DNA of 64,000 nucleotides from contig JAJPHD010000026.1 of the NCBI GenBank assembly GCA_021325455.1, positions 400,387 through 464,386 of the forward strand, in the 5' to 3' direction. A program made the translations under genes and the position numbers. The DNA comes from Actinomycetota bacterium. Lineage in GTDB: Bacteria; Actinomycetota; Acidimicrobiia; Acidimicrobiales; JAJPHD01. Shown here piece after piece: positions 20,018 to 29,193 of this stretch (its first letter is position 1; the number at the start of each line of letters is the position of its first letter). Under the pieces are notes generated by a model. The model had not been told where the DNA came from and did not search any database. It worked only from the letters and a program-made list of their open reading frames with translations.

Positions 20018-20927
20018 ACCGGCCGCGATGTCGGGAGCGAGCGGCGGGGCCGAAGCGACGGCAGCGGGCCCAACAGCTCCCCTTCGGCGACGAGCCGCTC
20101 GGCCGGCACGGCGCAGGTCTCGCTGTGGGGCCGGGCGTTGACCTCATCGCACCAGCGGCGGGCCCACCCGTTCGCCCCGTCGAGATCCGCGACGTCCAGC
20201 TCGTTCGGGACGACCAGGTCGGACTTGGCGTAGCCGACCAGGTTCTCGACGATCCCCTTCGACTCGGGATCGCCGCCCTCACAGAAGTCCGGCCGGAACC
20301 CAAAGTGCGTGGCGAAGCGCACGTAGGCAGGCGTCGGGATCACGACGTTGGCAACCACACCGCCCTTCAGGCAGCCCATCCGGTCGGCGAGCACCACTTT
20401 GGGCACACCGCCGATCGCCTCGAAGCACTCAGCCAGCAGCCGAAGCGTCGTGTCCGCGCGTTCGTCGGCGGCGAAACGCACGAACCGCACCCGGGACCAG
20501 GCGAGCACCGCGCAGAACACGTGCAGGCGCCCCTCGGTGCCCCCGTCGATCACCAGCGTCTCGCCCGGCGACCACACCGCCGGGCGGCGGCCCGATGGTT
20601 GTCCCTGCGCCACTCCGACTTCGCCCTGGCCACCAGGCGGCGGAAGTTGCGGGCCGAGCCGGCGAAGCCCGCGGCGCGAGCCTCCGGGAGCAGACGCTTG
20701 GCCGAGATCCGCGCCTTCGTCGAACCGATCCGCTTGGCCACCACATCACGCACGACGTCGTAGTTGTGCGCCCGCTCGCCGCGGGGAGGTGTGGATCCTG
20801 CAGCGAGACGCTCGATCGTCCTCCTCATGGTCTTGGGGTCACAGCCGCATACGGCAGCCGCGCCCCGGTAGGTGCCAACCTCGTTGAAGGCGGCGACGAT
20901 GTTCATTCGTTCCCTCTCTGTCTTCAA
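20005..20927 (-). pseudogene. istA: istA (IS21 transposase), frameshifted
   Basis: The HTH N-terminus (20550-20927, MNIVAAFNEVGTYRGAA) and the DDE core (20005-20613, RRPAVWSPGETLVIDGG..AVLAWSR) are in different frames. The shift lies near 20590. The total length is short for IstA. Confidence 0.75.
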
Positions 20928-21407
20928 TGGAGCTGTCCTCCGGGTGCTCGGTGCGGGCTAGACACCGGCACCGTGACCACCCGGAGGACACCAGCGGTGG
21001 ATGCTTCAGAAAAGGGCGAGAACTTCTACACGGCCACACGCGAGGACATCGACTTGGCCACACGCGAGGACTTTTCATGGCCATGGACACTCGGGGACCA
21101 CCTCCGCAGGCGAGGATCCAGCGACGACGATCTCGTGGTTGCCGACTTGTGTGTCGCCTGAAGGACCACTGGACGCCCTGGCCATCGCCGCTGGCGTGGC
21201 CCGGGCGGGGCAATCGGCCCACTACGCCCGTGTTTCGCCCTCGGGCACCGCCCTCACCGCTGACCAGGCGCGTACCGTCCGTGCAATGCACCGCCGGCCG
21301 CTGTGGTCTGCGAAGACGCCGACCACCCCACAGCACTTGCGCCGGAGGCCACCATCGGCTCCCCCCGATCATCGGCCTCACGTCCCCGCCGGCAGAAGTG
21401 GGTTGCC

Positions 21408-21449
21408 AACCGGAGGGAGCCTCCGTATACTAACCGGAGGAAGCTTCCG
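21408..21449 (+). promoter_or_regulatory. Two 18-nt direct repeats, each internally palindromic, upstream of the MFS gene (candidate operator/promoter)
   Basis: The repeats are AACCGGAGGGAGCCTCCG (21408-21425) and AACCGGAGGAAGCTTCCG (21432-21449). They flank TATACT, and TATACC follows at 21459-21464. The ATG is at 21484, preceded by GAAAGG. Confidence 0.3.
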
Positions 21450-21483
21450 CTTACCCACTATACCAGCGGAAAGGTCATAGGTA

Positions 21484-23058
21484 ATGCCCTCCCCAACCCT
21501 TACCTCTCGCGCCGCGCCCAGAGCCCTCCTGGCCAGGCGGGCCGGCCTCCGCTCCCCCGCCCGAGGCGGAGGACGAGCCGAGCAGCCCCATGGCGGACAG
21601 ACCTCCACCTGGGTCCTGCTCGCCATCTGCTGCCTGGCCCAGTTCATGGTGGTGCTGGACGTGTCCATCGTCAATGTGGCCCTCCCCCAGATGCGAGACG
21701 CCCTCGGGCTCTCGGTGGTGGGCCAGCAGTGGGTGGTCAACGCCTACACCCTCAGCTTTGCGGGGTTCCTGCTGCTCGGGGGCCGGGCCGCCGACCTGTT
21801 CGGCCGCAAGCGCACCTTCCTGGGGGGCCTGGGCCTCTTCGTCGCCTCGAGCCTCCTCGGGGGGGTGGCCCAGAGCGGTGCCTGGCTCATCCTGGCCCGA
21901 GCCTCCCAGGGCCTGGGGGGAGCAGTGCTGGCCCCGGCGACGCTCACCCTCGTCACCACCCACTTCGTCGAGCCCGAGGCACGCCGGCGGGCCCTCGGGG
22001 CCTGGTCAGCCACCGCCGCCAGCGGGGCAGCCATCGGTGTCCTCCTGGGCGGGGTCCTCACCCAGGTACTGGACTGGCGCTGGGTGCTGTTCGTGAACGT
22101 GCCCATCGGAGCCATCCTGCTCGTCGTCGCCGCCTTCGCCCTCCAGGAGTCCCGGGGCGGTGCCGACCGGGCCTCCCTGGACCTGCCGGGCGCCCTCGCC
22201 GTCACTGCCGGCCTGGCGGTCGTCGTGTACGGGATCGTCGGCACCGACACCCGCCCCTGGGGGTCGCCCCGCACCCTCGTCTCCCTCGCCCTCGGCGGGG
22301 CTCTGTTGGCTGCCTTCTTGGTCATCGAGGCCAGGGTGGCCCGGCATCCCCTCGTGCCGCTCGGTGTGTTCCGCCGCCGGGGGCTGGCGGCGGCCAACGC
22401 CATGGCCGTCATGATCGGAGCGGCCATGTTCGGCACGTTCTTCTTCCTGTCCCTCTATGTCCAGCAGATCAACCACTACAGCGCCCTCCGGGCCGGCTTC
22501 GCCTTCTTGCCCATGGGTCTGGCCGTCCTGACGGGAGCGCTGACCGGAACCCGCCTGCTGGCCCTCCTGGGCCTGCGCCGCCAGCTGGTGCTGGGGCCGG
22601 CCCTGGCGGGAGGGGGACTGGTCTGGCTCACCCGCCTGGCTCCGGGAGCCGGCTACTGGCCCCACCTGTTCGGCCCCATGATCATGGTCGGGCTGGGCCT
22701 CGGTCTGTCCTTCGTCCCCATGACCATGGCTGCCACCTCCGGGGTCCCCAGCCACCAGGCCGGGCTGGCCTCGGGGCTCATCAACACCACCCGCCAGGTC
22801 GGGGGAGCCATTGGCCTGGCCCTCATGGCCACCGTGGCCGCCGCCGCCGCTCATGGCTCCTCCTCGCCGGCGTCCGCCCTGGCCCTGACGGCCGGCTATG
22901 ACCGGGCCTTTGTCCTGGCGGCGGTGGCCCTGGCGGTGGGGGCGGGCCTGGCCCTTCTCCTCCCGCCCCCCGGGGGCGCCCGGCAGCCCGAAGCCCGCGA
23001 CAGGCGGCTCCCCCCGGGCGAGGCACAGGGCAACCTCGACGACGTACGGGCGGCCTGA
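21484..23058 (+). CDS. MFS transporter, DHA2 (EmrB/QacA, 14-TMS) type
   Basis: Segments LDVSIVNVALPQM, GGRAADLFGRKRTF and LARASQGLGGAVLAPATL support the call. Many TM segments are visible. Confidence 0.85.
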   Translation: MPSPTLTSRAAPRALLARRAGLRSPARGGGRAEQPHGGQTSTWVLLAICCLAQFMVVLDVSIVNVALPQMRDALGLSVVGQQWVVNAYTLSFAGFLLLGGRAADLFGRKRTFLGGLGLFVASSLLGGVAQSGAWLILARASQGLGGAVLAPATLTLVTTHFVEPEARRRALGAWSATAASGAAIGVLLGGVLTQVLDWRWVLFVNVPIGAILLVVAAFALQESRGGADRASLDLPGALAVTAGLAVVVYGIVGTDTRPWGSPRTLVSLALGGALLAAFLVIEARVARHPLVPLGVFRRRGLAAANAMAVMIGAAMFGTFFFLSLYVQQINHYSALRAGFAFLPMGLAVLTGALTGTRLLALLGLRRQLVLGPALAGGGLVWLTRLAPGAGYWPHLFGPMIMVGLGLGLSFVPMTMAATSGVPSHQAGLASGLINTTRQVGGAIGLALMATVAAAAAHGSSSPASALALTAGYDRAFVLAAVALAVGAGLALLLPPPGGARQPEARDRRLPPGEAQGNLDDVRAA

Positions 23059-23347
23059 GCGATGAGCAGGACCGCAAAGCAGCTGCCCGCCGACGCCCTC
23101 GCCATCCCCCTCCATCCAAAGGAGCTCGACGTGGCAACCACCTCCGCCCCCTCACCCTCGAAGGTACGTACCGTGCCCGGCCCTCCATCGATGGCTCGCC
23201 CGGGTCCTGGCACCAGCGCCCAGCTGCGCCAGGCGATTGACGACTGGCTCATGGCTCACGGCGGGCCCGTGCGGAGGGCAGCCGATCAGGCGGGGAAGAG
23301 ATCCCACGATGACCATTGAACGCGACCACCAGGAGAAGAGGAACACG

Positions 23348-24217
23348 ATGACGGACACCTACCGGCTGGCGAACCGCAGCGTGCGGCGTATCGGCTACGG
23401 TGCCATGCAGCTTCCCGGGCCAGGCGTACTGGGGCCGCCCCGGGATCCCGCCCAAGCGCTCCGGGTCCTGCGCCGTGCCGTAGAGCTCGGCGTCGACCAC
23501 ATCGACACTGCGCAGTTCTACGGCCCGGACGTCTCCAACACCCTGATCCGGGAGGCCTTGCACCCCTATCCCGACGACCTCGCCATCGTCTCGAAGGTGG
23601 GGGCTCGCCGGGATGACAAGGGTGGGTGGGTCCCGGCCCAGACCCCGGCCGAATTGCGTGCCGACGTCGAGCAGAACCTTCGCTCCCTCCGGACCGAGCG
23701 GCTCACGGCGGTCAACCTCCGCCGGTTGGACGACCGGAATCTGGGCCCGGACGCTCAAGTTCCCTTAGAAGAGCAGCTCGCCGAGATGGTGTCGCTCCGC
23801 GATGAGGGCAAGATCGCTGGCATCGGCCTTTCCACGGTCTCTGTCCATCAGCTGGCAGAGGCTGTGCGGATAACCGAAATCGTCTGTGTGCAGAACCCCT
23901 TCAGCCTTATCGATCGCCACGACACCGAAGTTCTCGAATGGTGTGCCGAGGCGGGCATCGCCTACGTGCCCTATTTCCCCCTTGGTTCGGCCTTCCCGGA
24001 CAGGCCGAAGGTGGCCGAGCACCCGATTGTTCGACGAATTGCGGCCCGGCTCGGGGTGACCCCCAGCCAGGTCGGCCTGGCCTGGCTCCTGGCCCGCGGC
24101 CCGAACGTGCTGCTGATCCCCGGCACCTCTTCGATCGCCCACCTGGAAGAAAACCTCCGTGCCTCCGAGGTGGTGCTGTCGGCGGAAGACCAAGCCGAAC
24201 TGGACCGGATCTGCTGA
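23348..24217 (+). CDS. Aldo/keto reductase
   Basis: Segments IGYGAMQL, GVDHIDTAQFYG, IVSKVG and LLIPGTSSIAHLEENL support the call. ATG 23348 follows GGAGAAGAGG. Confidence 0.85.
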   Translation: MTDTYRLANRSVRRIGYGAMQLPGPGVLGPPRDPAQALRVLRRAVELGVDHIDTAQFYGPDVSNTLIREALHPYPDDLAIVSKVGARRDDKGGWVPAQTPAELRADVEQNLRSLRTERLTAVNLRRLDDRNLGPDAQVPLEEQLAEMVSLRDEGKIAGIGLSTVSVHQLAEAVRITEIVCVQNPFSLIDRHDTEVLEWCAEAGIAYVPYFPLGSAFPDRPKVAEHPIVRRIAARLGVTPSQVGLAWLLARGPNVLLIPGTSSIAHLEENLRASEVVLSAEDQAELDRIC

Positions 24218-24291
24218 CCAGGGGCGAGGGTTGGGGTGGGCCAGCAGGTGATTGAGCCACAAGGGCCGGCAAGAGATCGCAGGCTGGGACC

Positions 24292-25545
24292 TCAACCCCT
24301 CGGCCGGTCGGTGGTTCGGTTGCCCTCCGCCGCCAAGCGGGCGACGCACTCGTGGCAGGCGGCCACCTCCTCGGGGGTCGTGTACGGGGCCAGGCCGGCA
24401 CGGACCCAGCCACCGCTGTCCCGGGTCCCCAACCGCTCGTCCAGGGTGCTGGCATAGAAGTTCCCGTCCTCGACGAAGAGCCCGTGGCGGGCCAGGTGCG
24501 TGGCAACCTCCCTCGGCGAGTAGCCTTCCAGCCTGAAGGTGACCGTCGGCGTCTTCTCCACCCCGTTTCCGGCCCAGTAGGGACGCAGCCCGGGGACGGC
24601 AGCCAGCTCCTTGCGCAGCCGGGAGGCCAGGCCGTCCTCCCAGGCCCGGATCTCGGCCATGCCCGACGTCACCCGCTCCCGCAGCGTCACCCCCGTCCCC
24701 AGGGAGGCGATGAACCCTATGGAGCCCGGGAGCCCGGCAAGGCCCTCGTGGTTCTGCGTGCCCATCTCGAGCTTGTCCGGTGGGCTGGAGGGTGACGGCT
24801 CGACCTTCGCCACCTCCATGCGCTCGAACAGCTCCTGGCGTATGGCCACGATCCCGAGGTGGGGGCCGAAGAACTTGTAGGCCGAGCAGAAGATGACGTC
24901 AGCGCCCAGGTCGTCCATGTCGAGCGGGATGTGGGGGGCGGCGTGCACGGCGTCCACCGCCATCAGGGACCCCGCCGAGCGGGCTGCCAGTGCCACCGGG
25001 CCCAGGTCGTTGATGGTCCCCACGGCGTTGGAGGCTCGCCCCACGGCGACCAGCCTGGTGCGCTCGTCGATCAGCCGGTCCAGGCCGTCCAGGTCCAGGA
25101 CCAGGCCCTCGGGGTCGACCGGGATCCAGCGGACCTGCGCCCCCGCCCGGCGCGCCGCCCAGATCCAGGGGTCCACGTTGGCACGGTGGTCCAGCTCGGT
25201 GACCACCACGTTGTCCCCCTCTCTCCAGGTGGCCCCGAGGGCCGCCGCCACGGAGAAGGCCAGCGCCGTCGTGCTCTGCCCGAAGGCCACCTCGCTGCTC
25301 TGCGCTCCGAGGAGGGCGGCGGCCACCTCCCGGGCCTCGGCCACGACCTGCTCGGTCTCCTCGGCGGTGACGAACGCCCCGCCCAGGTTGGCCGTGCCCC
25401 GCCGCAGGTACGCTGCCATCCCCTCGATGCAGGAGTCGACCATCTGAGAGCCGCCCGGCCCATCGAGATAGGCCACGGGCAATCCCCGCAGGGTCCTGGC
25501 CAGCGCCGGAAAGCGGCGCCGTACCTCAGCGACATCGATCGACAC
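24292..25545 (-). CDS. Class V aminotransferase / cysteine desulfurase-like PLP enzyme
   Basis: Segments RRFPAL, YLDGPGGSQ, SAYKFFGPHLG (PLP Lys) and RAGLAPYTTPEEV support the call. The preferred start is GTG 25545, preceded by AGGAGGAG. Confidence 0.85.
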   Translation of the reverse strand: MSIDVAEVRRRFPALARTLRGLPVAYLDGPGGSQMVDSCIEGMAAYLRRGTANLGGAFVTAEETEQVVAEAREVAAALLGAQSSEVAFGQSTTALAFSVAAALGATWREGDNVVVTELDHRANVDPWIWAARRAGAQVRWIPVDPEGLVLDLDGLDRLIDERTRLVAVGRASNAVGTINDLGPVALAARSAGSLMAVDAVHAAPHIPLDMDDLGADVIFCSAYKFFGPHLGIVAIRQELFERMEVAKVEPSPSSPPDKLEMGTQNHEGLAGLPGSIGFIASLGTGVTLRERVTSGMAEIRAWEDGLASRLRKELAAVPGLRPYWAGNGVEKTPTVTFRLEGYSPREVATHLARHGLFVEDGNFYASTLDERLGTRDSGGWVRAGLAPYTTPEEVAACHECVARLAAEGNRTTDRPRG

Positions 25546-25693
25546 GAGAGCTCCTCCTGGCACGGTCTTTGGCAAAAGCGGTGATGGTGCTTGTCCTTCG
25601 GCCCCCTGTCCTCGAACCCGGGCTGACTGGGCACCGAAGCCGCCGGCGCGGCAGGCTTGCCACTACCCACGGCCCCACAGGAGGTGCCTGCCC

Positions 25694-27085
25694 ATGCTCT
25701 CCCACACGGTTGATGGCCAAGGTGAGCTTACGCCCGCCTACGCCAGCCGCTACCTGACCAGGTCCGTCCCCAGGAACCGCCTCCCCGAGGAGCGCATGCC
25801 TCCCGAGGTGGCGTACCAGATCATCGCCGACGAGCTCAACCTGGACGGCAACCCGGCCCTCAACCTGGCCAGCTTCGTCACCACCTGGATGGAGCCCGAG
25901 GCGGACCGCCTCATGGCCGCCACCCTGGGCCGCAACTACATCGATGCCGAGGAGTACCCGCAGACCACCGAGATCCAGTCTCGCTGTGTGGCCATGCTGG
26001 CCAGGCTCTTCCACGCCCCCGACGGCGGCCGCAGCGTGGGAACGGCCACGGTGGGCTCGTCGGAGGCCATCCACCTGGCCGGACTGGCTCTCAAGTGGCG
26101 ATGGCGCCAGCGCCGCGCCGAGCAGGGCCGGCCGGCCGACCGGCCCAACCTGGTCATGGGCCACAACGTGCAGGTGTGCTGGGAGAAGTTCGCCCGCTAC
26201 TTCGACGTGGAGCCGAGGTACGTGGCCCTGACCGAGGGCCGCTGGGTGCTGGGGGTGGAGGAGGCGGTGGAGCTCGTCGACGAGAACACCATCGGCGTGG
26301 TTGGCATCCTGGGCAGCACCTACACCGGGGAGTACGAGCCCATCGGCGAGCTCGACGCCGCCCTCACCGACCTCAATGCCCGCACCGGCTGGGACGTACC
26401 CATACATGTCGACGCTGCCAGCGGAGGCTTCGTGGCCCCGTTCCTGCGCCCCGACCTCCGTTGGGACTTCCGGCTCCCCCTCGTCCGGTCCATCAACGTC
26501 TCGGGTCACAAATACGGCCTCGTCTACCCCGGGGTGGGGTGGGTGATCTGGCGGGACCACCGCCAGCTCCCCGAGGACCTCGTGTTCCACGTCAACTACC
26601 TGGGCTCGGACCAGCCCACCTTCAACCTCAACTTCTCGCGGGGGGCCGGCCAGATCCTCGCCCAGTACTACAACTTCCTCCGCCTGGGGCGAGCAGGCTA
26701 CACCGAGATCATGACCGGCCTGGAGGGCACGGCACGCTACCTGGCCGACTCCGTGGCACGGGTGGGCCCCTTCGAGGTGCTGAGCAAGCCCGGAACCCTT
26801 CCCCTGGTGTGCTGGCGCCTGAGGGGCGAGCGCCCCTACACCGTGTTCGACATCTCGGCCCGGTTGCGCCAGCGGGGGTGGATCGTCCCCGCCTACACCC
26901 TCGCCCCCGACGCCGAGCACATCTCCGTCCTGCGGGTGGTGGTGCGGGAGGGGCTGTCCCGGGACATGGCGGAGCTGCTCGTGTCCGACATCGGGCGGGC
27001 CGTCCAGGACCTGGAGAGGAGGGCCCAGGGCGACCCCGCCGCCCGGGACCGCACGGGGGAGGGCAAGACCCGGGGGGTGTGCTGA
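25694..27085 (+). CDS. gadB: Glutamate decarboxylase (PLP-dependent)
   Basis: Segments [45 protein letters not shown] and FNLNFSR support the call. Confidence 0.9.
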   Translation: MLSHTVDGQGELTPAYASRYLTRSVPRNRLPEERMPPEVAYQIIADELNLDGNPALNLASFVTTWMEPEADRLMAATLGRNYIDAEEYPQTTEIQSRCVAMLARLFHAPDGGRSVGTATVGSSEAIHLAGLALKWRWRQRRAEQGRPADRPNLVMGHNVQVCWEKFARYFDVEPRYVALTEGRWVLGVEEAVELVDENTIGVVGILGSTYTGEYEPIGELDAALTDLNARTGWDVPIHVDAASGGFVAPFLRPDLRWDFRLPLVRSINVSGHKYGLVYPGVGWVIWRDHRQLPEDLVFHVNYLGSDQPTFNLNFSRGAGQILAQYYNFLRLGRAGYTEIMTGLEGTARYLADSVARVGPFEVLSKPGTLPLVCWRLRGERPYTVFDISARLRQRGWIVPAYTLAPDAEHISVLRVVVREGLSRDMAELLVSDIGRAVQDLERRAQGDPAARDRTGEGKTRGVC

Positions 27086-27133
27086 CCGGGCGGCCCACCC
27101 ACCCCGTCACCCGGTAGGATGCCATGGTCCCGT

Positions 27134-27208
27134 GGTGGCCGTAGCTCAGTTGGTTAGAGCGCCAGGTTGTGGCCCTGGAGGTCGGGGGTTCGAGTCCCCT
27201 CGGTCACC
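27134..27208 (+). tRNA. tRNA-His (anticodon GTG) with encoded G-1
   Basis: Acceptor G-GTGGCCG/CGGTCAC-C, anticodon arm CCAGG-TTGTGGC-CCTGG, T arm GGGGG-TTCGAGT-CCCCT. Confidence 0.9.
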
Positions 27209-27263
27209 CTTGCCCCCTTCTGCCGGAGGCCCCCGGGCGGGCCGGGCGGTAGGGTGGGGGCGG

Positions 27264-27335
27264 GCGCCTCTAGCTCAACGGTAGAGCAACGGACTCTTAA
27301 TCCGCAGGTTCGGGGTTCGAATCCCCGGGGGCGCA
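27264..27335 (+). tRNA. tRNA-Lys (anticodon CTT)
   Basis: Acceptor GCGCCTC/GGGGCGC-A, D arm GCTC-AACGGTA-GAGC, anticodon loop CTCTTAA, T arm CGGGG-TTCGAAT-CCCCG. The 27:43 pair is an A-C mismatch. Confidence 0.85.
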
Positions 27336-27395
27336 CCCACTGAAGAAGGGCCCGTCGGGTGGCTCCCACATGGCTCCGTCCCGACCCGACATCAA

Positions 27396-27416
27396 CCGGC
27401 GGCAATGACCCGCCGG
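27396..27416. terminator. GC-rich hairpin between tRNA-Lys and the convergent small-ORF cassette
   Basis: CCGGCGG-caatgac-CCGCCGG forms a perfect 7-bp stem. There is no U-tract on either strand. Confidence 0.3.
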
Positions 27417-27464
27417 CGAACGGCCTTCCCGGCAGGGCCCGGTCGCCCTGTTGACCCGGGCCCG

Positions 27465-27596
27465 TCAGGCGGGGTGGAGTTGCTCCATGGGCTCGATGAG
27501 GTCGTCGCGGTTGTCGCTGGGAGTCACCTCCGGGTCGACCTTGTCGACCAGGGACTCCATCACCTTCTGCAATACCTTGTTGCCAAACAGAGCCAC
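27465..27596 (-). CDS. Small acidic hypothetical protein (43 aa), absent from the ORF track
   Basis: The GTG start follows a perfect AGGAGG with a 5-nt spacer, and that SD overlaps the upstream TAG. The translation is MALFGNKVLQKVMESLVDKVDPEVTPSDNRDDLIEPMEQLHPA. 38 of 43 codons end in G or C. Confidence 0.45.
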   Translation of the reverse strand: MALFGNKVLQKVMESLVDKVDPEVTPSDNRDDLIEPMEQLHPA

Positions 27597-27605
27597 TACG
27601 ACCTC

Positions 27606-28052
27606 CTAGGCCACCAGGTTAGCGACCAGCAGCAACACCAGCGCCAGAACCAGAGAGGTCGCCGATGCCCTCAGGAGAAGGGCCTTGATGGCGAGCTCCT
27701 GCTCGATCCGTCGGACGATCTCTCTCTCGGCCCCGAGTAGTCGTTGCGTCGTCACGAGGGGATGGTCCGTCAGTGAGTGGCACAGGACGGCGAGGTTGAT
27801 GACCTTGAAGGTCCGGCGACGGCGGAACACGGCTGCCAGACCGGTGATGCTGGCCACGAGCGAGAAGAAGAGGGCAGCCCGGACCGGCCCACTGTGGTGG
27901 GGGACGGAGAAGGCCGTGATCGTGGCCCCGAAACCAACCAGCACGCCGGCGTTGGCGTCCATGGCGTTGGCATGGGCGGTGAGGAGTGCCCTCTCCTTGC
28001 CCGCCTGGGCGGCGATGATCCGAAGGGACGGCTCCTCGCCGGTCACCGCCAT
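27606..28052 (-). CDS. Hypothetical membrane protein (148 aa, about 3 TM segments)
   Basis: Hydrophobic segments are AGVLVGFGATITAFSV, AALFFSLVASITGLAAVF (followed by RRRRTFK) and the C-terminal SLVLALVLLLVANLVA. Third-position GC is high. No SD precedes ATG 28052. I recognise no family. Confidence 0.55.
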   Translation of the reverse strand: MAVTGEEPSLRIIAAQAGKERALLTAHANAMDANAGVLVGFGATITAFSVPHHSGPVRAALFFSLVASITGLAAVFRRRRTFKVINLAVLCHSLTDHPLVTTQRLLGAEREIVRRIEQELAIKALLLRASATSLVLALVLLLVANLVA

Positions 28053-28466
28053 AGCGTACGCACAGCGGCGGCGGGGACCCGGTCATTGGGCAGGGCCACG
28101 GTGGCTCCATCGTCGCTGGTTGGCAGGAGATGCTTGGTGGCTTCGTAACCCTGGTCGGCGACGACCCGACGGTGGACGCCGCCTCCTACTGGACGGCGCT
28201 CGCCCACCTGACCTTCCGGTCCGACCGCGTCAAGGTCCTGATGGCTTAGGAGGCGACGGGCGGCCGCCTGTACGCGTCCGTCAGAGCTCCTGAAGCAGCT
28301 TCGGGACGTGGCGGCCGCCGTCGTCAGCGGCTCCCAAGCGATGGGCCGCCTTCCCGTCCCGGACAGCCCGGGAGCGGTCGGGGCCAGACTGCCGGTGTTG
28401 GGTTAGCGGCAGAAGGAGGGGGCCATCCCTCGCACGCCCTCTCCTCCGGAGTGCTTCAATGGGGCC

Positions 28467-28931
28467 ATGACCAGCCAGGATGAGCGGGCGCGCCTGGTGA
28501 GGGCCTCTCGGGTGATCGAAGCCAGCGCAGAGCACATCTTCGAACTGATCGCCGACCCGGCCCAGCAGCCTCGCTGGGATGGCAACGACAACCTGCGAGA
28601 GGCTGCCCCCGGTCAACGGGTGCGGGCGGTCGGCGACGTCTTCACCATGGGGCTCAAGCGGGGCGGGGACCGAGAGAACCGGGTGGTCGACTTCGTCGAG
28701 GGCCGCCGGCTGGCCTGGCGGCCAGCCGTGCCGGGAAAGCCCCCACCCGGCCACCTCTGGGCCTGGGACCTCGAACCGCTGGGACCGTCGCGCACCCTGG
28801 TGACCCACACCTACGACTGGACCGAGCTCAGGGACCCCTCCCGGATGCCTCGTGCCCGCGCCACCACCGCCGAGAAGCTGCAGGCTTCGCTGGACCGCCT
28901 TGCGGCTCTGGCACAAGGCGATGGTCTCTGA
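28467..28931 (+). CDS. SRPBCC (polyketide cyclase/START-like) family protein
   Basis: The layout VIEASAEHIFELIADPAQQPRWD ... LAWRP ... THTYDW is typical of SRPBCC/AHSA1-like proteins. Confidence 0.75.
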   Translation: MTSQDERARLVRASRVIEASAEHIFELIADPAQQPRWDGNDNLREAAPGQRVRAVGDVFTMGLKRGGDRENRVVDFVEGRRLAWRPAVPGKPPPGHLWAWDLEPLGPSRTLVTHTYDWTELRDPSRMPRARATTAEKLQASLDRLAALAQGDGL

Positions 28932-29193
28932 GGCGCTGAACCTCGCCTTGGGCCGGTAGCTCCTCTTCCGCGCCGCTCTGCTGACCGGCAGGGCGGTTAC
29001 CCCGACCGGCCACTGGCAGGTGATCGGGCTCACCACCGTCCGGCACGGCTGTGCCTTCTGGCTGCCCGGTGGGCGTGCGCTCCTCCCCGAGCGGGCAGCT
29101 GTTGGAGGACGGTGGACGGGGGAGCCAGCTGGTCCCGGGTCGCCACCACCCCTTGAGCCCGGAGCGCCGCTCGCCCCGGCCGGGCCGTTGCCT

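Larger units (their letters stand above)
19221..21089 (-). mobile_element. IS21-family insertion sequence, 1869 bp, apparently inactivated
   Basis: The termini are TGTCAATGGCCA... and ...TGGCCATGGACA (TG...CA, 11/12 inverted match). Internal iterated repeats of type GTCCTCGC-N4-GGCC occur twice at the left end and three times at the right end. The element contains the istA and istB reading frames. Confidence 0.85.

Noticed and set aside
19211-21100. Target-site duplication flanking the IS21 element.
   Set aside because: The flanks read GGCTGGG on the left and CTCGGGG on the right and do not match as a 4-8 bp direct repeat. No TSD is claimed.
21140-21400. Plus-strand frame right of the IS21 end with good third-position GC (…PLDALAIAAGVARAGQSAHYARVSPSGTALTADQARTVRAMHRR…), vaguely HTH-like.
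   Set aside because: It has no credible start or stop of its own. The frame degenerates into the promoter repeats. Joining it across the IS to the left flank gives no recognisable protein. It is a possible remnant only.
23062-23319. 85-aa ORF between the MFS gene and the aldo/keto reductase (…GTSAQLRQAIDDWLMAHGGPVRRAADQAGK…).
   Set aside because: Third-position GC is mixed, no RBS is visible and no family is recognised. If HTH-like, it would be truncated mid-helix. Evidence is insufficient.
28055-28249. Coding-looking plus-strand fragment ending ...MLGGFVTLVGDDPTVDAASYWTALAHLTFRSDRVKVLMA*, between the membrane-protein cassette and the SRPBCC gene.
   Set aside because: Only 39 codons follow the single ATG, the SD abuts the start, and I recognise no family. 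It is probably a C-terminal relic of a lost gene. It is mentioned under the tRNA-Lys cassette finding and not called as a feature.
27336-28466. Integrated element at tRNA-Lys, i.e. an att-type direct repeat of the tRNA 3' end plus an integrase.
   Set aside because: I found no copy of the tRNA-Lys 3' segment (GGTTCGAATCCCCGGGGGCGCA) downstream and no recombinase-like ORF. An island boundary cannot be supported from the sequence.
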